From Azolla caroliniana (Eukaryota; Plantae; Polypodiophyta), in assembly GCA_043228905.1 (NCBI GenBank), contig JBHGNT010000011.1, forward strand, positions 4,278,001 to 4,342,000: a stretch of 64,000 nt of DNA, read 5' to 3'. The position numbers were made by a program, and so were the translations under genes. A model generated the notes under the pieces. The model searched no databases. It was not told the DNA's origin and saw only the letters and a list, made by a program, of their open reading frames with translations. Below, piece by piece: positions 41,798 to 55,714 of this stretch. Each line of letters begins with the position of its first letter. Within the stretch, counting starts at the first letter, position 1.

Positions 41798-43225
41798 ATG
41801 GATGAAGGAATAATTGAGAGACAAATACAAATTAAGATAGGAGAAGGAGAAGATGAGGTTATTTTGAAGAAACAAAAGATTGGCATTAATAATATGCATG
41901 AGGGGGATATAGATATTATGCCAAGACCATCATATGCACATGTGATGGGAGAAGGTGAGGAGGAGAGGAATGCGCAATATTGGGATGTAATGCATGTAGT
42001 TGCTAATGAAGCACTCCATGAGATTTTCCCGGATAATACAGATATGGTGGCCAATGTAGAAGAGGATGAGATTGTCAAGGTGGAGATGCCACGTAGAGAA
42101 ATCTTAAAGGCATTTTCCATGTTTCATGAGAGAGGCATTATTTGTTTCTTTACAAGGAAAAATCCTTTAGTAAATTGGGTGGTGCAATGGCCAAATGCAA
42201 TGATTGGTAGGAATACTGTGGAAGATGTGTATAAAGGTCCACGCGGGTTTTTTGAGGTCATTTTTTGAACCGAAGAACAACGGGATATATTGTTATCACA
42301 TTTGCCAGTCTTTTACAATAATAATTTAGTCTATATTGTCCCTTGGAAACCACTATCTAAGTTTCAGGAAATTTTGAAACAAGAGTGTCCAATATGGGTG
42401 GAGGTAGAGTGTAAATTTTCGTTTTTATGGCCTATAATTCAAGGTGTCATGGAACAATTGGGAAAGGTGATAGTAGCCCCAAATGCCAAAGCATATAATA
42501 GATATAGGTTATGTATGCTATGGAATACAACAAAAAAGAGACCTTTGTGGCTAAACATAAAGACTGAGGAGATGAGGTCATTCCGTTGCCAATTGCATTG
42601 GGGATCATTTGCCGGTCATTGCTTTCGATGTGGTCATTTAGGCCATTTCATGGCGGAATGTCATCAAACACCAGAAATGGAGGTGACTAATAATTCCCAT
42701 GGTAATGAGTTAATGTCAGACTCTATACTAAATGATAATGACATGTTGAAAAGTAAGGAGGCAAATGTGGAAAAAGGTAAGAGTGTTGTTATTTTGGAAC
42801 ATAATGACAAAGATATTCAAGAAAGAAGAAAAGATTTAATGGATGATGGTGGATCTTGGATTAAGGTGGCCTCTAAGGTAAATCATCCAAGGTACCAAAA
42901 AGACAAAGTTTATGCACATAATGGACAAGAGAGGGGTACTTCCTCTAGGGATCCTATGGGGTTATCACATGCACATAATTATGATCAATTGAAAGGAAGG
43001 TCAAAACCGTGGCAAGGGTCACAATATAAACAATCCAATCAAGGGACAAAACCTTTCAACCTTAGGTTTGATAAGAATGGTAAAATTAATTTACCATTAG
43101 AAAAACAAAATTGGAAAAGTGATCATTCATGGGGTACAATGGGATCCACCAATAATCATCAACCATCTGTGCAAAATACATCGGCACAACGGGAACAACA
43201 ACAAGCCAAGAAGCAATATAATTAG
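41798..43225 (+). pseudogene. L2 ORF1 (plant L1-type, CCHC knuckle), one internal stop
   Basis: ORFs 41798-42268 and 42290-43225 are in one frame. Confidence 0.8.
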
Positions 43226-43848
43226 TGAGTGATGAAGATAGTCACATGGAATGTAAGGGGAATTTGTTCTCCGTCCAAGCAGTATGGTATGTGGAAAAGT
43301 ATTTTTAATAGGGAATGGGATATATTATGTGTAGTAGAACATAAGGAGCATGCTAAGTCTCGGTCTTCTTTTCATCATAAGCAATATCACATGTTTTATG
43401 CTAGAGTCAATGGGGGCCCTTATTCAGGTGTAATGCTTATTATAACGGATAGCTTGAAACTGGTAGTGGCTCAAAGAGATGTGCATGGTCGGTTTTTGGT
43501 GGTTGAAGTTAATTATGAAGGGAAACAGATCTAGGTGGTTGGTATTTATGGATCGAGTGTTGCAAGACATCTTATGGAACTTTGGATATGCTTAAATCAA
43601 GTTTTGCTTCATGGGAGATCCGGTTTTTTGTTAGGGGATTTTAATATGTGTTCTGAGGTGGGCCAATCTACTTTGATGCATGGCTTGATGGATGCTCCTG
43701 AACAAGAGGTATGGGATTTGTTTATGATGGATGTTGTAAGGTATGATGCATGGACTTGGATCAATGGAAATGATGTTGGTTATACCTTTCAGTCGGCACA
43801 ATATAGATCAACTTGGAGTAGACTGGATCGCATTTATATTATACATGA

Positions 43849-46800
43849 TGTTGAGAATGTTTAAAAGTTATAACGGCTAGCCCAACGGCTAGTTAGTTTC
43901 AACAACTAGTTAGCCCAACGGCCAGATCTTGGCCTTTATAAAGAGGGACTTTCTCCTCATGTAAATTGAAGAGATCTCTGTATTTTTCTCCCTCCTACCA
44001 ATGTATATTACTGAACAAATGTGCTTTCTCATATTTCTTTATGGTATCAGAGCATAGATCCGCCCCTTTGCAAAACCCTAGATCTGTCCTCTGCAGAACC
44101 CTAGATCTACCCTCTACATAACCCTAGATCTACCCTCTGCAAAACCCTAGATCTACCCTTCTGTTGGTATGACAGTGATTGGAACAGCACTGTCCTAGCA
44201 TTCAAGAGAGGAAAGGGGGATTTTTTTTTGTTTCATTTGGGATGACATTGCTATGTGATTGAGAGGTGACTTGGGAAAAAAGTGAGAAGAGGAAAGCAGA
44301 GATAGGCCAACTTAACAAGATGGATGATGTGTTCTCAAAATTGAACGAAGATGAGGTGAAAACACTGGTGAAATACATGAAACAGGCTGAGATTGTAGCA
44401 TCTGGAGGTGTGACAGGAATACAACCACCACCCCGACTTGAACTCCTCCTAGTTGAGTTCAAACTCGATGGACCAGCCACATACTTGAGCTGGTCGCATC
44501 GGATTATAGGTGCCTTGGCAAGGAGAAGCCTTGACGGCTACCTTACGGGAGAAGAGAAAGAGCATCCTATCAAAACGAGCAATGAATGGAAAGCATGGAG
44601 AGCTACCCACATGTCATTGTACACGTGGCTTCTCAACTCCATGATTCCATCAATCGCCACAACAGTTGATGGAATTTTAAGTGTGAAGGAGATATGGGAG
44701 AAATTGCAAAAGACGTATGCAGGGAGGGGAAACAACATGAGAGTATTTCAAATCGAGCAGGAGATAGATGATGTTTGCTAGGGAGATAGGATGATTCAGG
44801 AATATGCCATAGAGCTGGAGTGCCTATGGGCAGAATACGATCATTTCTCGCCTGTGACAGTGTGCAATGATCCTCAGTGTAAGAGCAAGGAAATTTCTGC
44901 TCAAAGAAAAACTATGAAATTTTTGAAACATCTCAACCCGTCATTTGATCAAAGAAGGGCAGTTCTTCTAACCAAGGCTGAAATTCCTACACTTGATGAG
45001 GCAATCGCGACTATGATACAAGAGGAGAGTAGAATGAAGCTGCTCTCTGACACTACCGGACTTCCAGGGGTGCGATCGGCACTAATGGTGTCAAATTCAA
45101 GCGGGAGTGAAAATCGAAAATGCTACAATTGTGGTGAAGCTGGTCATTTCAAGAATGCTTGCCCTAAACCATCTAAGGAGAGAGAATATGGAGGACATGG
45201 ACAAACTAGAGGTTGTGGTCGATGGGGCCGAAGAGGTGCAAGAGGAGGTTACCAAGCAAACTTGATGGTAGCAAAAGAAGAGGAAGGAACTAAGGTGGTG
45301 TTCACCGAAGAGGATCAAGCTCTCTTAGAAATACTTAGGAGGAAGCAAAGAGCCGCATATGATACTTCATTCATGTCAAGAGGTAACACTGCTACCTATG
45401 CTTATTCGGCCACAAGTACTAGCAACACAAATACTCTTGCCTCTGCATCAGAATGGATAATTGATTCTGGTGCATCTAGGCATGTGACGGGTAATGCTAG
45501 TGAATTCTCCTCGTATACTCACTTAGCAATGCCAAAAAGCATTCAAATTGCTGACGGTACTACACAACCTGTAGTGGGTATAGGTACAGTAAAATGTACC
45601 GACTCTGTGACATTGTCTAATGTGTTGCATGCTCCTTCTTTTCCAGTAAACTTATTATCTATAAGTTCTATCATACACCAACTAAAATGTGTTGTTTCTT
45701 TTGATATTCCCAAGGTGATATTCCAGGAGAAAGGGACAGGTCGGAGACTTGGGATTGGCACATGGCATAGTGGACTATGGTATTTGGATCGTGAAGGGTT
45801 GGATTCAGCATTAGCATCTATGGTAGAGGGAATAGATGTAAGGGGATCTAAAATGAGTTATGAGGACTTGTTAATACTTCACCACCAACGCATGGGACAT
45901 GCCTCTTATGGCATTTTGAGTCGGGTGTATCCACACCTTTTTGAAAAGGCGGATAAAACAAAACTTGTTTGTGATGCATGTGAATTTGGTAAGCTTACTA
46001 AAAGTTCATATGCTAGTTCAGGTCATAGGAGTTCCCATGCATTTGATGTAATACACTCCGATGTTTGGGGACCATGTCCCACAAGTTCTATTAATGGATA
46101 TCGATATTTTGTCTCTTTCATTGACTACTTCTCTCGTGTGACTTGTTTATATTTGATGAGAAAAAAGAATGAAGTATTTGCTTGTTTTAAAGATTTTCAT
46201 AGAGCAGTTCAAACTCAATATGGTGCAGTAGTAAAAGTGTTGAGGTCTAATAATGGAACAGAGTATGCTAACATGACATTTAGGGCATACCTCTCAGATC
46301 AAGGAATACAACATCAAACTACATGCCCGTATACACCAGAACAAAATGGAGTAGCAGAGAGGAAGAATAGACATCTTCTAGAGGTAACGAGAAGCATGAT
46401 GATTTCTATGAATGTCCCAAAGCAGTTGTGGGGACAGGCCATTTTGACGGCTGCCACATTGATCAATAGAATGCCCTCTAGAGTATTGGAGTGGAAGTCT
46501 CCATGTGAGTTGTTAGAAGGCAATAACTCTGGAATCCTTCCTTTGAAGGTGTTTGGATGTGTGTGTTTTGTAAAGGATAGTAGACCATCTGTAGGAAAAC
46601 TTGATCCTAAAGCTGTAAAATGTGTATTTGTGGGATACTCTGCCACACAAAAAGGCTATGTTTGTTGGAGTCCAGTAGAGAAGAGATTATTTGTGAGCAT
46701 GGATGTGCATTTCAGAGAGTCAGAGCCATATTATAAACAAGGGGTAACTTCACCCTTTGATGACTTAATTCAGACTGAAAATATGAGGGAAGGAGATAAT

Positions 46801-48960
46801 TGTGAGAGGTTGCTAAAAATAGGATCAATTCCTTTGTTGATCCCTACATCAGCTGAGAAACAAGTGAGCGTAGGAGGTACGGAAGAAGAAGGAAACAAAG
46901 ACGAGGAGCCTATATGTGTTGGGACTCAAGCTGAGGGGGAGCTAAAGGTGTATACAAGGAAGAGGAGGCAGAAAGACAGAAATGTGAACACGTCTTCAGC
47001 ACCACATGTGCCATCAAGTTCCATGTCCTGACCTGCCTCGACTTCTGAAATACCTACAGAACTCCCGAACCTAGAAATCACAAGTGATATGATTTCCCCT
47101 CCTTCTCCTATCACGATTAGGAGGACCTCTCGCAGTAATGCAGGGGTCCCTCCTGATCGTTATGGTTTTCCTCATGATATTGCTCAGTTTATCTCTTATT
47201 TTAACATATCAGCTACACATAGAGCATTCATTGCATCATTAGACTCTGTCACTTTACCCAAGTGTTGGCAGGTTGATAAAGAAGATCCAAAATGGAAAGC
47301 AGCCATGCAAGAAGAACTCAGAGCTCTTGAGAAGAACAAAACTTGGGAGATTGTGTCACTACCACCAGGAAAGAAGGTGGTTGGGTGCAAATGGGTGTTT
47401 ACAATAAAACAGACCCCAGAGGGAAAAATAGATCGATACAAGGCACGATTGGTAGCTAAAGGATATAGTCAGACATATGGCATTGACTATGATGAGACTT
47501 TTGCACCTGTGGCGAAGATGAGCACTATTAGAACACTTATTTCCTTAGCAGTGAATAAGGATTGGAAGTTACATCAATTAGATGTAAAAAATGCATTCCT
47601 TCATGGAGAGTTGATGGAGGAAGTGTACATGTATGTTCCCCCAGGTTTCGGTACAATTCAAACAATAGGTAAGATTTGCAAACTTAGGAAGTCGCTTTAT
47701 GGACTGAAGCAATCTCCTAGAGCCTGGCTCAACAGGTTAAGAAGGGCTATGGTGGGTATGGGATACCAACAGACGAATGCAGACCATACAGTGGTCTTTC
47801 GACAACACAAGGAGCATACTACATTGCTTGATGTGTATGTGGATGATATAATTATCACGGGTAACGATGAAGGAGAAATTGCCCAACTGAAGATGCAATT
47901 AGGTAAAGAGTTTGAGGTGAAGAATCAAGGATTTCTACGATACTTTCTTGGAATTGAGGTAGCTTGTGGAGCAAAAGGAGTTGTTCTATCTCAGCGGAAA
48001 TATGTACTAGATCTTCTCAAAGAAACTGGAATGTTGGGTTGTAGGCCTGTAGCTTCTGCAATCGACCAAAAGATCAAGCTAACTGAACTTGCGGGAGAGA
48101 AAGTTGATCGTGAAAGGTATCAAAGATTGGTAGGTCGGCTAATTTATTTGACCCACACCCATCCAGATATCTCATTTGCAGTAAGTGTGGTAAGTCGCTA
48201 CATGCATGATCCGAGGAAAGATCATATGGATGTAGTGTACCATATTCTGAGATATCTCAAAGGTGCCCCAAGGAAGGGATTAATCTTCAGAAAACATGGT
48301 CATTTTAACATTGAGGGCTATTGTGATTCTAATTGGGCCAGTTGTGCTGATGACAGGAAATCCACATCAGGATACTGCATGTTTGTTGGAGGCAATCTGA
48401 TCTCTTGGAAGAGTAAGAAACAGTTAGTAGTAGCAAGGTCAACATCCGAAGTAGAGTATAGAGCTATTGCTATAGGAGCTGCGGAGATGTTATGGTTGCG
48501 AACTCTCCTAGTAGAACTAAAGGTGAATCAAGAAAATCAGATGATGTTGTGGTGTGACAATAAGTCAACAATCAGCATTGCCAACAATCCAGTACAGCAC
48601 GATAGGACCAAACACATCGAAATCGACAGGTTCTTTATCAAGGAAAAGCTTGATAATGGAATATTAAATTTGAGTCATGTTTCTACCGAACATCAAGTAG
48701 CAGATTGTCTTACAAAGGGACTTGGGCCAGTAAGTCTTACTAGATTGTGTGACAAGATGAGCTTAGTGGATATTTTTCGCCTATGTTGAGGGGGAGTGTT
48801 GAGAATGTTTAAAAGTTATAACGGCTAGTTAGCCCAACGGCCAGATCTTGGCCTTTATAAAGAGGGACTTTCTCCTCATGTAAATTGAAGAGATCTCTGT
48901 ATTTTTCTCCCTCCTACCAATGTATATTACTGAACAAATGTGCTTTCTCATATTTCTTTA
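43849..48960 (+). mobile_element. C5: Ale/Retrofit-like copia with short TG..TA LTRs
   Basis: LTRs 43849-44041 and 48797-48960, PBS TGGTATCAGAGC 44042-44053, PPT 48788-48796, TSD CATGA/AATGA (one mismatch). Confidence 0.95.
44320..48789 (+). pseudogene. C5 gag-pol, single frame with two nonsense codons
   Basis: ORFs 44266, 44791 and 47089 share a frame; CYNCGEAGHFKNAC, IDSGAS, HSDVWGP, YVDD, RTKHIEID. Confidence 0.93.
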
Positions 48961-50186
48961 AATGATGATACATTCTTGCCAGAGTTTTTGCCTATGCAAG
49001 TGCATAGGGGGATTGGATCATCAAATCATTTCCCAATTGTTTTGGAATGCACACATCAAACTATGGACGGTTTTAGAGCTTTATTGGGGAGACAACCGTT
49101 GAGATTTAATTCATCTTTTCTTGGACATGATAAATTTAAGCATGCTATAGGACAATTGGTGGGGGAGTTTACAAGACAAGTCAATGTCCATGGTGTTTCT
49201 TCATGGGATATTTGTCTTTCCAATATTCAACGGTTTACACGATATTATGGAATTTATCAAGCATCTATCTGTAAACAAAAGATGAGTTTGTTACAACACT
49301 TTCTAGATAGATGTAATGCATTGTTGGTAAAGATTCCATTTGATGATGTGTTGTTGGATATTCAAGAGACATTGTCACAGGCCTTACAAGTATTAGAGGT
49401 TCGCAGTTATCAACAATCACGAGTGATGGCTATGAAAAATGAAGTACATGATCACAACTGTAATTCACATAAGTTTTACCATGGGTTGCAAGCATCTCAT
49501 GCTAGAATGAATGTGATAAATGTAGAGATTGATGGAACTTTGAATACAAACCCACAAGTGATTATTGATCATTGTGTTAAACATTTCACGAATTGTTTTG
49601 GGCAAGATTGTATTATGAATGATGGCATAACACAAGCGCAATCGATGCTATTTAACTCGGTCAAGGTGAGTGGTGGGCAACATGACATGATTGCATTGGA
49701 GGAGGATATAAAGGAGGAGGAGGTGGAATATGTATTATCACATCTTGCAAGTGATAAAAGCCCGGGTTGGGATGGCATTACGAATGATTTTTTTAAAGCC
49801 TTTTTACATGGACTCAAAGCCCCTCTAACAATGATATTCCAAGAAATATGGAGTTCTGGTAAAATGCCTGATTCATGGAAACTTGGTCTTGTTAAACTTA
49901 TACCAAAAGTTGCATCTCCTACGTCTTTTGCTCAATGGAGACCGATATCATTAATGGGTGGGATGTATAAGATTTTTGCCAAAGTAATTGCAAATAGACT
50001 TCAAAAGGTGTTGTTGTCTATGGTCCATCCAATGCAATATGGGTTTATTAAGGGAAGGGACATCCTGCATAATATTTTGAATGTGCAAATGGTAGTGGAT
50101 TATGCAAAGGAATCCAAACAACAAATTGTAATGATACAACTCGACATCGAGAAGGCATATGATCATGTAAGTTGGTCTTTTATTAC

Positions 50187-50482
50187 TGTTGAGAATCAAG
50201 CTCAACTTGGTCTAGTGTGTGAACTCACCTTGAGAGTGAAGAGACACCTCAACGGTCAAGAGTCACCATTATGTCACCACTTTGTATTCTAGCATTTAGT
50301 ATGAGTCATAGAATCATATTCTATGACACATAACTTATGAGCTTTCACATTCCCCATGCTCCATGAGACTTGTAGTTAATGAAGAGAGAGGGTGACTACA
50401 TAAAGCACCCTCCTCCCACCTTGTATAATGTTGAGTCTTTCTCCTTTGTCAAAATATTTTACCTTGCGTATTCTCTATGTTA

Positions 50483-50528
<46 letters not shown>

Positions 50529-53500
50529 TAACTCACATCTCTTCCGCTTCACAAGAATCCATCTCTTGATTCTTTACATGGTATCAGAGCAAGGTTGGTA
50601 GCTCGATCTAGCCCATTCACCTCATCGTGATCGTGTGTTGTGCTCTACGCCGACGACCAAGAACCAGCTCATAGCTATCGTAGCTTCGCTACATAGCTCG
50701 CATTCGAAGAGAGAAGAAGAAGAAGAAGAATCGATATAATGAATACTCAAATGGGGAGCGCTCTCCCTACCGAGAAGTTGGATCGAAACAACTTCGCATC
50801 TTGGGAGTACAAGATGCACCAATACCTTGTCGGACAAGGCTATTGGAGCTACATCAAAGGAGCGCATGAAGACCGACCCGCCGAAGCGGCTCCCGGATAC
50901 GCGACATGGGAGCAAGCCGCAAGCCGCGTGATGTATTGTTTGGCGACATGTGTTCACGACCACATGCTCGGTTACATTTGAGAAGCCAAGACGCCAAAGG
51001 AAGCGTGGGAAAATCTACGAAAGATTTTCGCCGCCAACACGACCGCGAGGAAGCTTCAACTCCGCCAAGAGTTGAACAACATTCAACAAAGGGACACGTC
51101 AATCACGACATACACCTTGAAGATCAAGGAGCTTTGCGAATCGCTCGGCTCAATAAGCGTAAGTATAGATGATGATGAGAGGGTGCAAATATGCCTCGGC
51201 GGCCTCGCACCACGGTTCGGCACGATGCGAACCGCCGTTCTAGCACGGGAGAAATCTCCCTCCTTCTTCAAGCTCCAATCAATGCTATTGGTCGAAGAAA
51301 ACCATGTGCGTACAAGGAGCAATGAGTCGGAAGGCCACATGCTCTACACGCACTCTAATGGAGGAAGAGGACGCGGACGAGCGAGAGGCCGATTCGGCCA
51401 AGGACAAGGCGGACGAGGTCCGACCTACGATAACAACTCCCAATTTCGGCCTCAAAACAGAGGCCAACGAGGAACCTTTGCAAGAAGGGGGAGCTTCCAA
51501 TCCGGCCCGAGCCGTCAAAACGCAACCGAATGCGGATATTGTGGAAAGCTCGGCCACCGTGAAGAAGAGTGCCGAAAGAAGATGCGTGAATCGGCTTCCA
51601 CAAGCCGACAACTCACGAATTACGCACACAATTCCGACTATGAAGAGTATAGCGGAATGTACGGGAACAACTCCGACTACGAAGATCGTGGCGGAATGTA
51701 TGCATGGAACTCCGACCGTGGCGGAATGTTCATGATGAAACATAGAGCAAACTCTATGTCGGCCTCTACCTCAACTAGTGCCCTCAATCCGGAGGACGTA
51801 TGGTTTGTAGACTCCGGAGCCTCAAACCATATGACATCCCATAAAGAATGGTTTCTCGAACTTCGAGAGCCGGAGCGACCCGGTTATGTCGAAACTGGAG
51901 ATGACACTACGCACCCGATTCGGCACATCGGCAATGTTCCGTTCAGCAAAAGGGGTAAGCAAACATACATTAAAAATGTCTTGCATGTTCCCACCATCAC
52001 AAAGAATTTTGTCTCGGTCGGCCAAATGGTTGAGTAAGGGATGCAAGTACGATTCGACCAAGAAGGGTGCTTCATCGAAAAAGAAGGCCGAATCATCGCA
52101 CGTGGAAGAAGAGAGGGCCGGATGTTCATTCTCGATTCGCATGAGATGAAATCCGCCATGTTCGCGAAAAGCACGAAAGCCGACTCCGACATAGAGCTAT
52201 GGCATAAGCGAATGGGCCACATCAATCTCAACAAACTCAAAGCAATGAAATCGAAAGGAGTCGTCATCGAACTCCTGACATTCAAAGAGAAGGAGATTGA
52301 AGGTGTATGCGAAGCGTGCCAATTCGGCAAGCAACACCGACACCCATTTCCGAAGGAGCGGAATGTGAGCAAAGGCGTACTCGACGTAATTCATTCCGAT
52401 GTATGGGGTCCGGCTCAAACGGCGACATTCGGCGGATGCCGATATTACGTGCTATTCATCGACGACTTTTCGAGGCACACTTGGATCTACCCGATGCGGC
52501 AAAAGAGCAAAGTGTTCGGACACTTCCAAAAGTTCAAGAATGAAGTCGAGATAGCCACGGGCCGACATGTACGATGCCTTCGATCGGATGGCGGCAAGGA
52601 GTACTTCTCGGACGATTTCACGACGTATCTCCGAAAGGAAGGAATTCGGTGAGAATTCACTTGCCGACACACTTCGCAACAAAACGGAGTAGCCGAGCGC
52701 AAAAATCGGCACATCCTCGAAGTAGCGCGGGCCATGATGAACGAGAAGCATATGCCCAAGTCATATTGGGCCAAAGCGGCAAATACGGCCGTCTACCTAA
52801 TGAACCGGTGCACAACATCCGGCATGCACGAGGTCACTCCGCACGAAAGATTCTTCGGAAAGAAGCCGAACCTATCACATGTTCGGATATTCGGCTCCAT
52901 TGCATACGTGCACATCCCCGACGAGAAGCGTCAAAAGCTCGACCCGAAGTCGGAGAAATGTATCCTCATAGGATACTCACTGGAGCAAAAGGGGTACAAG
53001 TGCTACAACCCCTCAACTCAAAAATCTCGGGTAAGTCGAGACGCCATCTTTGACGAGTCCGCATCCTTGTACACACCAGAGACAACTCCAACTCCGACTC
53101 CGCTCGACCCGGAATCTGCCGACCAAGAGATCAAGGATGAAGATCGCCCTACGCACATGATTGAAGAAAGTCCGATCACGACCCGATTGAGCGGACCACA
53201 AGAGCCTTTGAGCGATCAAAGCACATCACGGCCTAGCCTGAAGATGGACAAAGGCGAGGCGAAAATGGCGGAATATGAAGACGATTGCTTCGACGACGAT
53301 GAATCGACTCACTCACTCGACAGTGAGTTCGGCGGCTTTGAGGTACCAATCGGAGCAAAGAAAGCCCTCATCTCAGCAAATGAAAAGCTCCGTCGCTCCA
53401 CCCGTGAAAAGAATCTCGTAAGCCGATTCGGCTACAACGATTATATGGCGTACCATTACGCCTTTATGATGAAGGTAGCGACAGTACGAGAGCCGGAAAC

Positions 53501-55714
53501 CTTTTCGGAAGCCGCAAAGGACCCGCGATGGATTGAAGCAATGAACGAGGAGATGCAGGCACTACGGAAGAACGAGACATGGGATCTCGTTCCCACCTCA
53601 CCGCACAAAAAGGCAATCGGATGCAGATGGATCTACAAAGTGAAGTACAACGCGGACGGTTCCGTCAACCGCTACAAAGCTCGACTCGTAGCGAAAAGAT
53701 ACGCTCAGACACATGGCGTCGACTATGAAGAAACCTTTGCCCCGGTGGCAAAGATGACGACGGTGCGGACCGTAATTGCGATTGTTGCGGTGAAAGGGTG
53801 GCACCTCCATCAAATGGATGTCAAGAACGCCTTTCTACAAGGCGAATTAGAAGAGGTGTACATGATCCAACCACCCGGCTTCAACTCGAGCACCCATCCG
53901 AAAGCCATATGCCGACTCAAGAAGCCACTCTACGTCCTCAAGCAAGCACCGCGTGCTTGGCATTCGAAGATAACGCAATATCTTCATCAAATTGGCTTCC
54001 GTATGTCAAAATCAGACAACTCCCTCTACATACGAAGCGATTCCGCAAGTCCGATCGTCATCATCTTATATGTAGATGACCTAGTCATTGGAGGTGAGCA
54101 TCTCGTCGAAATCAATAAAGTCAAATCCCTCCTTTCCGACAAGTTCGAGATGACGGACATGAAGGAGCTCCACTACTTCCTTGGCATCGAGGTAATTCGG
54201 ACTCCGGCCGGAATCATGATCTCCCAACGACACTACATCCTCAACTTGTTATACAAGTTCAGGATGGCTGAGTGCAAATCCGCGGCAACCCCGCTCAATC
54301 GCAATCTCAAACTGGATGCGAACTCCGGCACCAAAGCGTGTGAGCCGACTCAGTATCGGCAACTCATCGGGAGTCTCATCTACCTCACGATCACACGACC
54401 CGATCTCAGTTATCTGGTCGGTCTCCTTAGCCAATTCATGCAAACACCGCGTGATACTCACTTGGATTGCGCTAGGCGAGTTCTACGCTACGTGAGCGGC
54501 ACAATGGATTGCGGCATCCTCTACAAGACCGAAATGCCAATACGACTCGCACAGATGCCAATTGGGCCGGCTACAAAGCCGATAGAAGATCAACCTCCGG
54601 ATTTGTTTTCTCCCTCGGCAGCGGAGCAATATCCTGGAGTAGCAAGAAGCAGCCCACCGTCGCTCTTTCGAGTACGGAGGCGGAATATAGGGGTGCAGTC
54701 GTAGCTGCATGTGAAGCCGTATGGCCCAAGAGGATTTTGAAGGATCTGGGCGTACCCATCAAGGATCCGACTTCCCTTTACTGCGACAACATGAGCAGTA
54801 TCTATCTAGCTCGGAACCCGGTGTTCCACGCGCGGACAAAGCACATCGAAGTGCACTATCACTTCATCCAAGAGCGTGTTCTAGTTGGCGATGTCGACCT
54901 ACAACACATTAGCACCAATCTTCAAACGGCCGACATCTTCACTAAAGCCTTAGGAGCCGACAAGCTATGGCAATTCATGACCGATCTCAGATTGACGATC
55001 CCTGACCTGCCAAGCTTGAGGGGGAGTACTGAAGACACTACGCAATAACGTGTAGATTCCGCAACCGCGCACTACGCAATAACACGTGGATTCCGCAACC
55101 ACGCAACAAAGCCGCGAAGAAAGACGCAAGCCGAAGCACAGACTTCACAACTACGCACGCAAGCCAAAACACTGACTTCGTAACTACGCACAACGCAAGC
55201 TGGAGCACGGATTCTGCAACTCCGCATACATGCGAGTCGACACGAGTCGACGCGGACTCCAGAACGTGAGTTGAAGCGGATTTCGGATACCGTCTGAAAC
55301 CAACCCAACTTGAGCTTGAGGGGGCGTGTTGAGAATCAAGCTCAACTTGGTCTAGTGTGTGAACTCACCTTGAGAGTGAAGAGACACCTCAACGGTCAAG
55401 AGTCACCATTATGTCACCACTTTGTATTCTAGCATTTAGTATGAGTCATAGAATCATATTCTATGACACATAACTTATGAGCTTTCACATTCCCCATGCT
55501 CCATGAGCCTTGTAGTTAATGAAGAGAGAGGGTGACTACATAAAGCACCCTCCTCCCACCTTGTATAATTTTGAGTCTTTCTCCTTTATCAAAATATTTT
55601 ACCTTGTGTATTCTCTGTGTTACACACTCTCTCTCTCTCACTCTCTCTCTCTTACACACACTTATAACTCACATCTCTTCCGCTTCACAAGAATCCATCT
55701 CTTGATTCTTTACA
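50187..55714 (+). mobile_element. C6: full-length copia, same family as C3, inserted in L2 RT
   Basis: LTRs 50187-50578 and 55327-55714, TSD ATTAC (50182-50186, 55715-55719), PBS 50579-50590, PPT 55318-55326. Confidence 0.98.
50739..55048 (+). pseudogene. C6 gag-pol with stops and a frameshift near 54550
   Basis: ORFs 50739, 51072, 52041, 52734, 54509 with canonical copia motifs. Confidence 0.94.
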
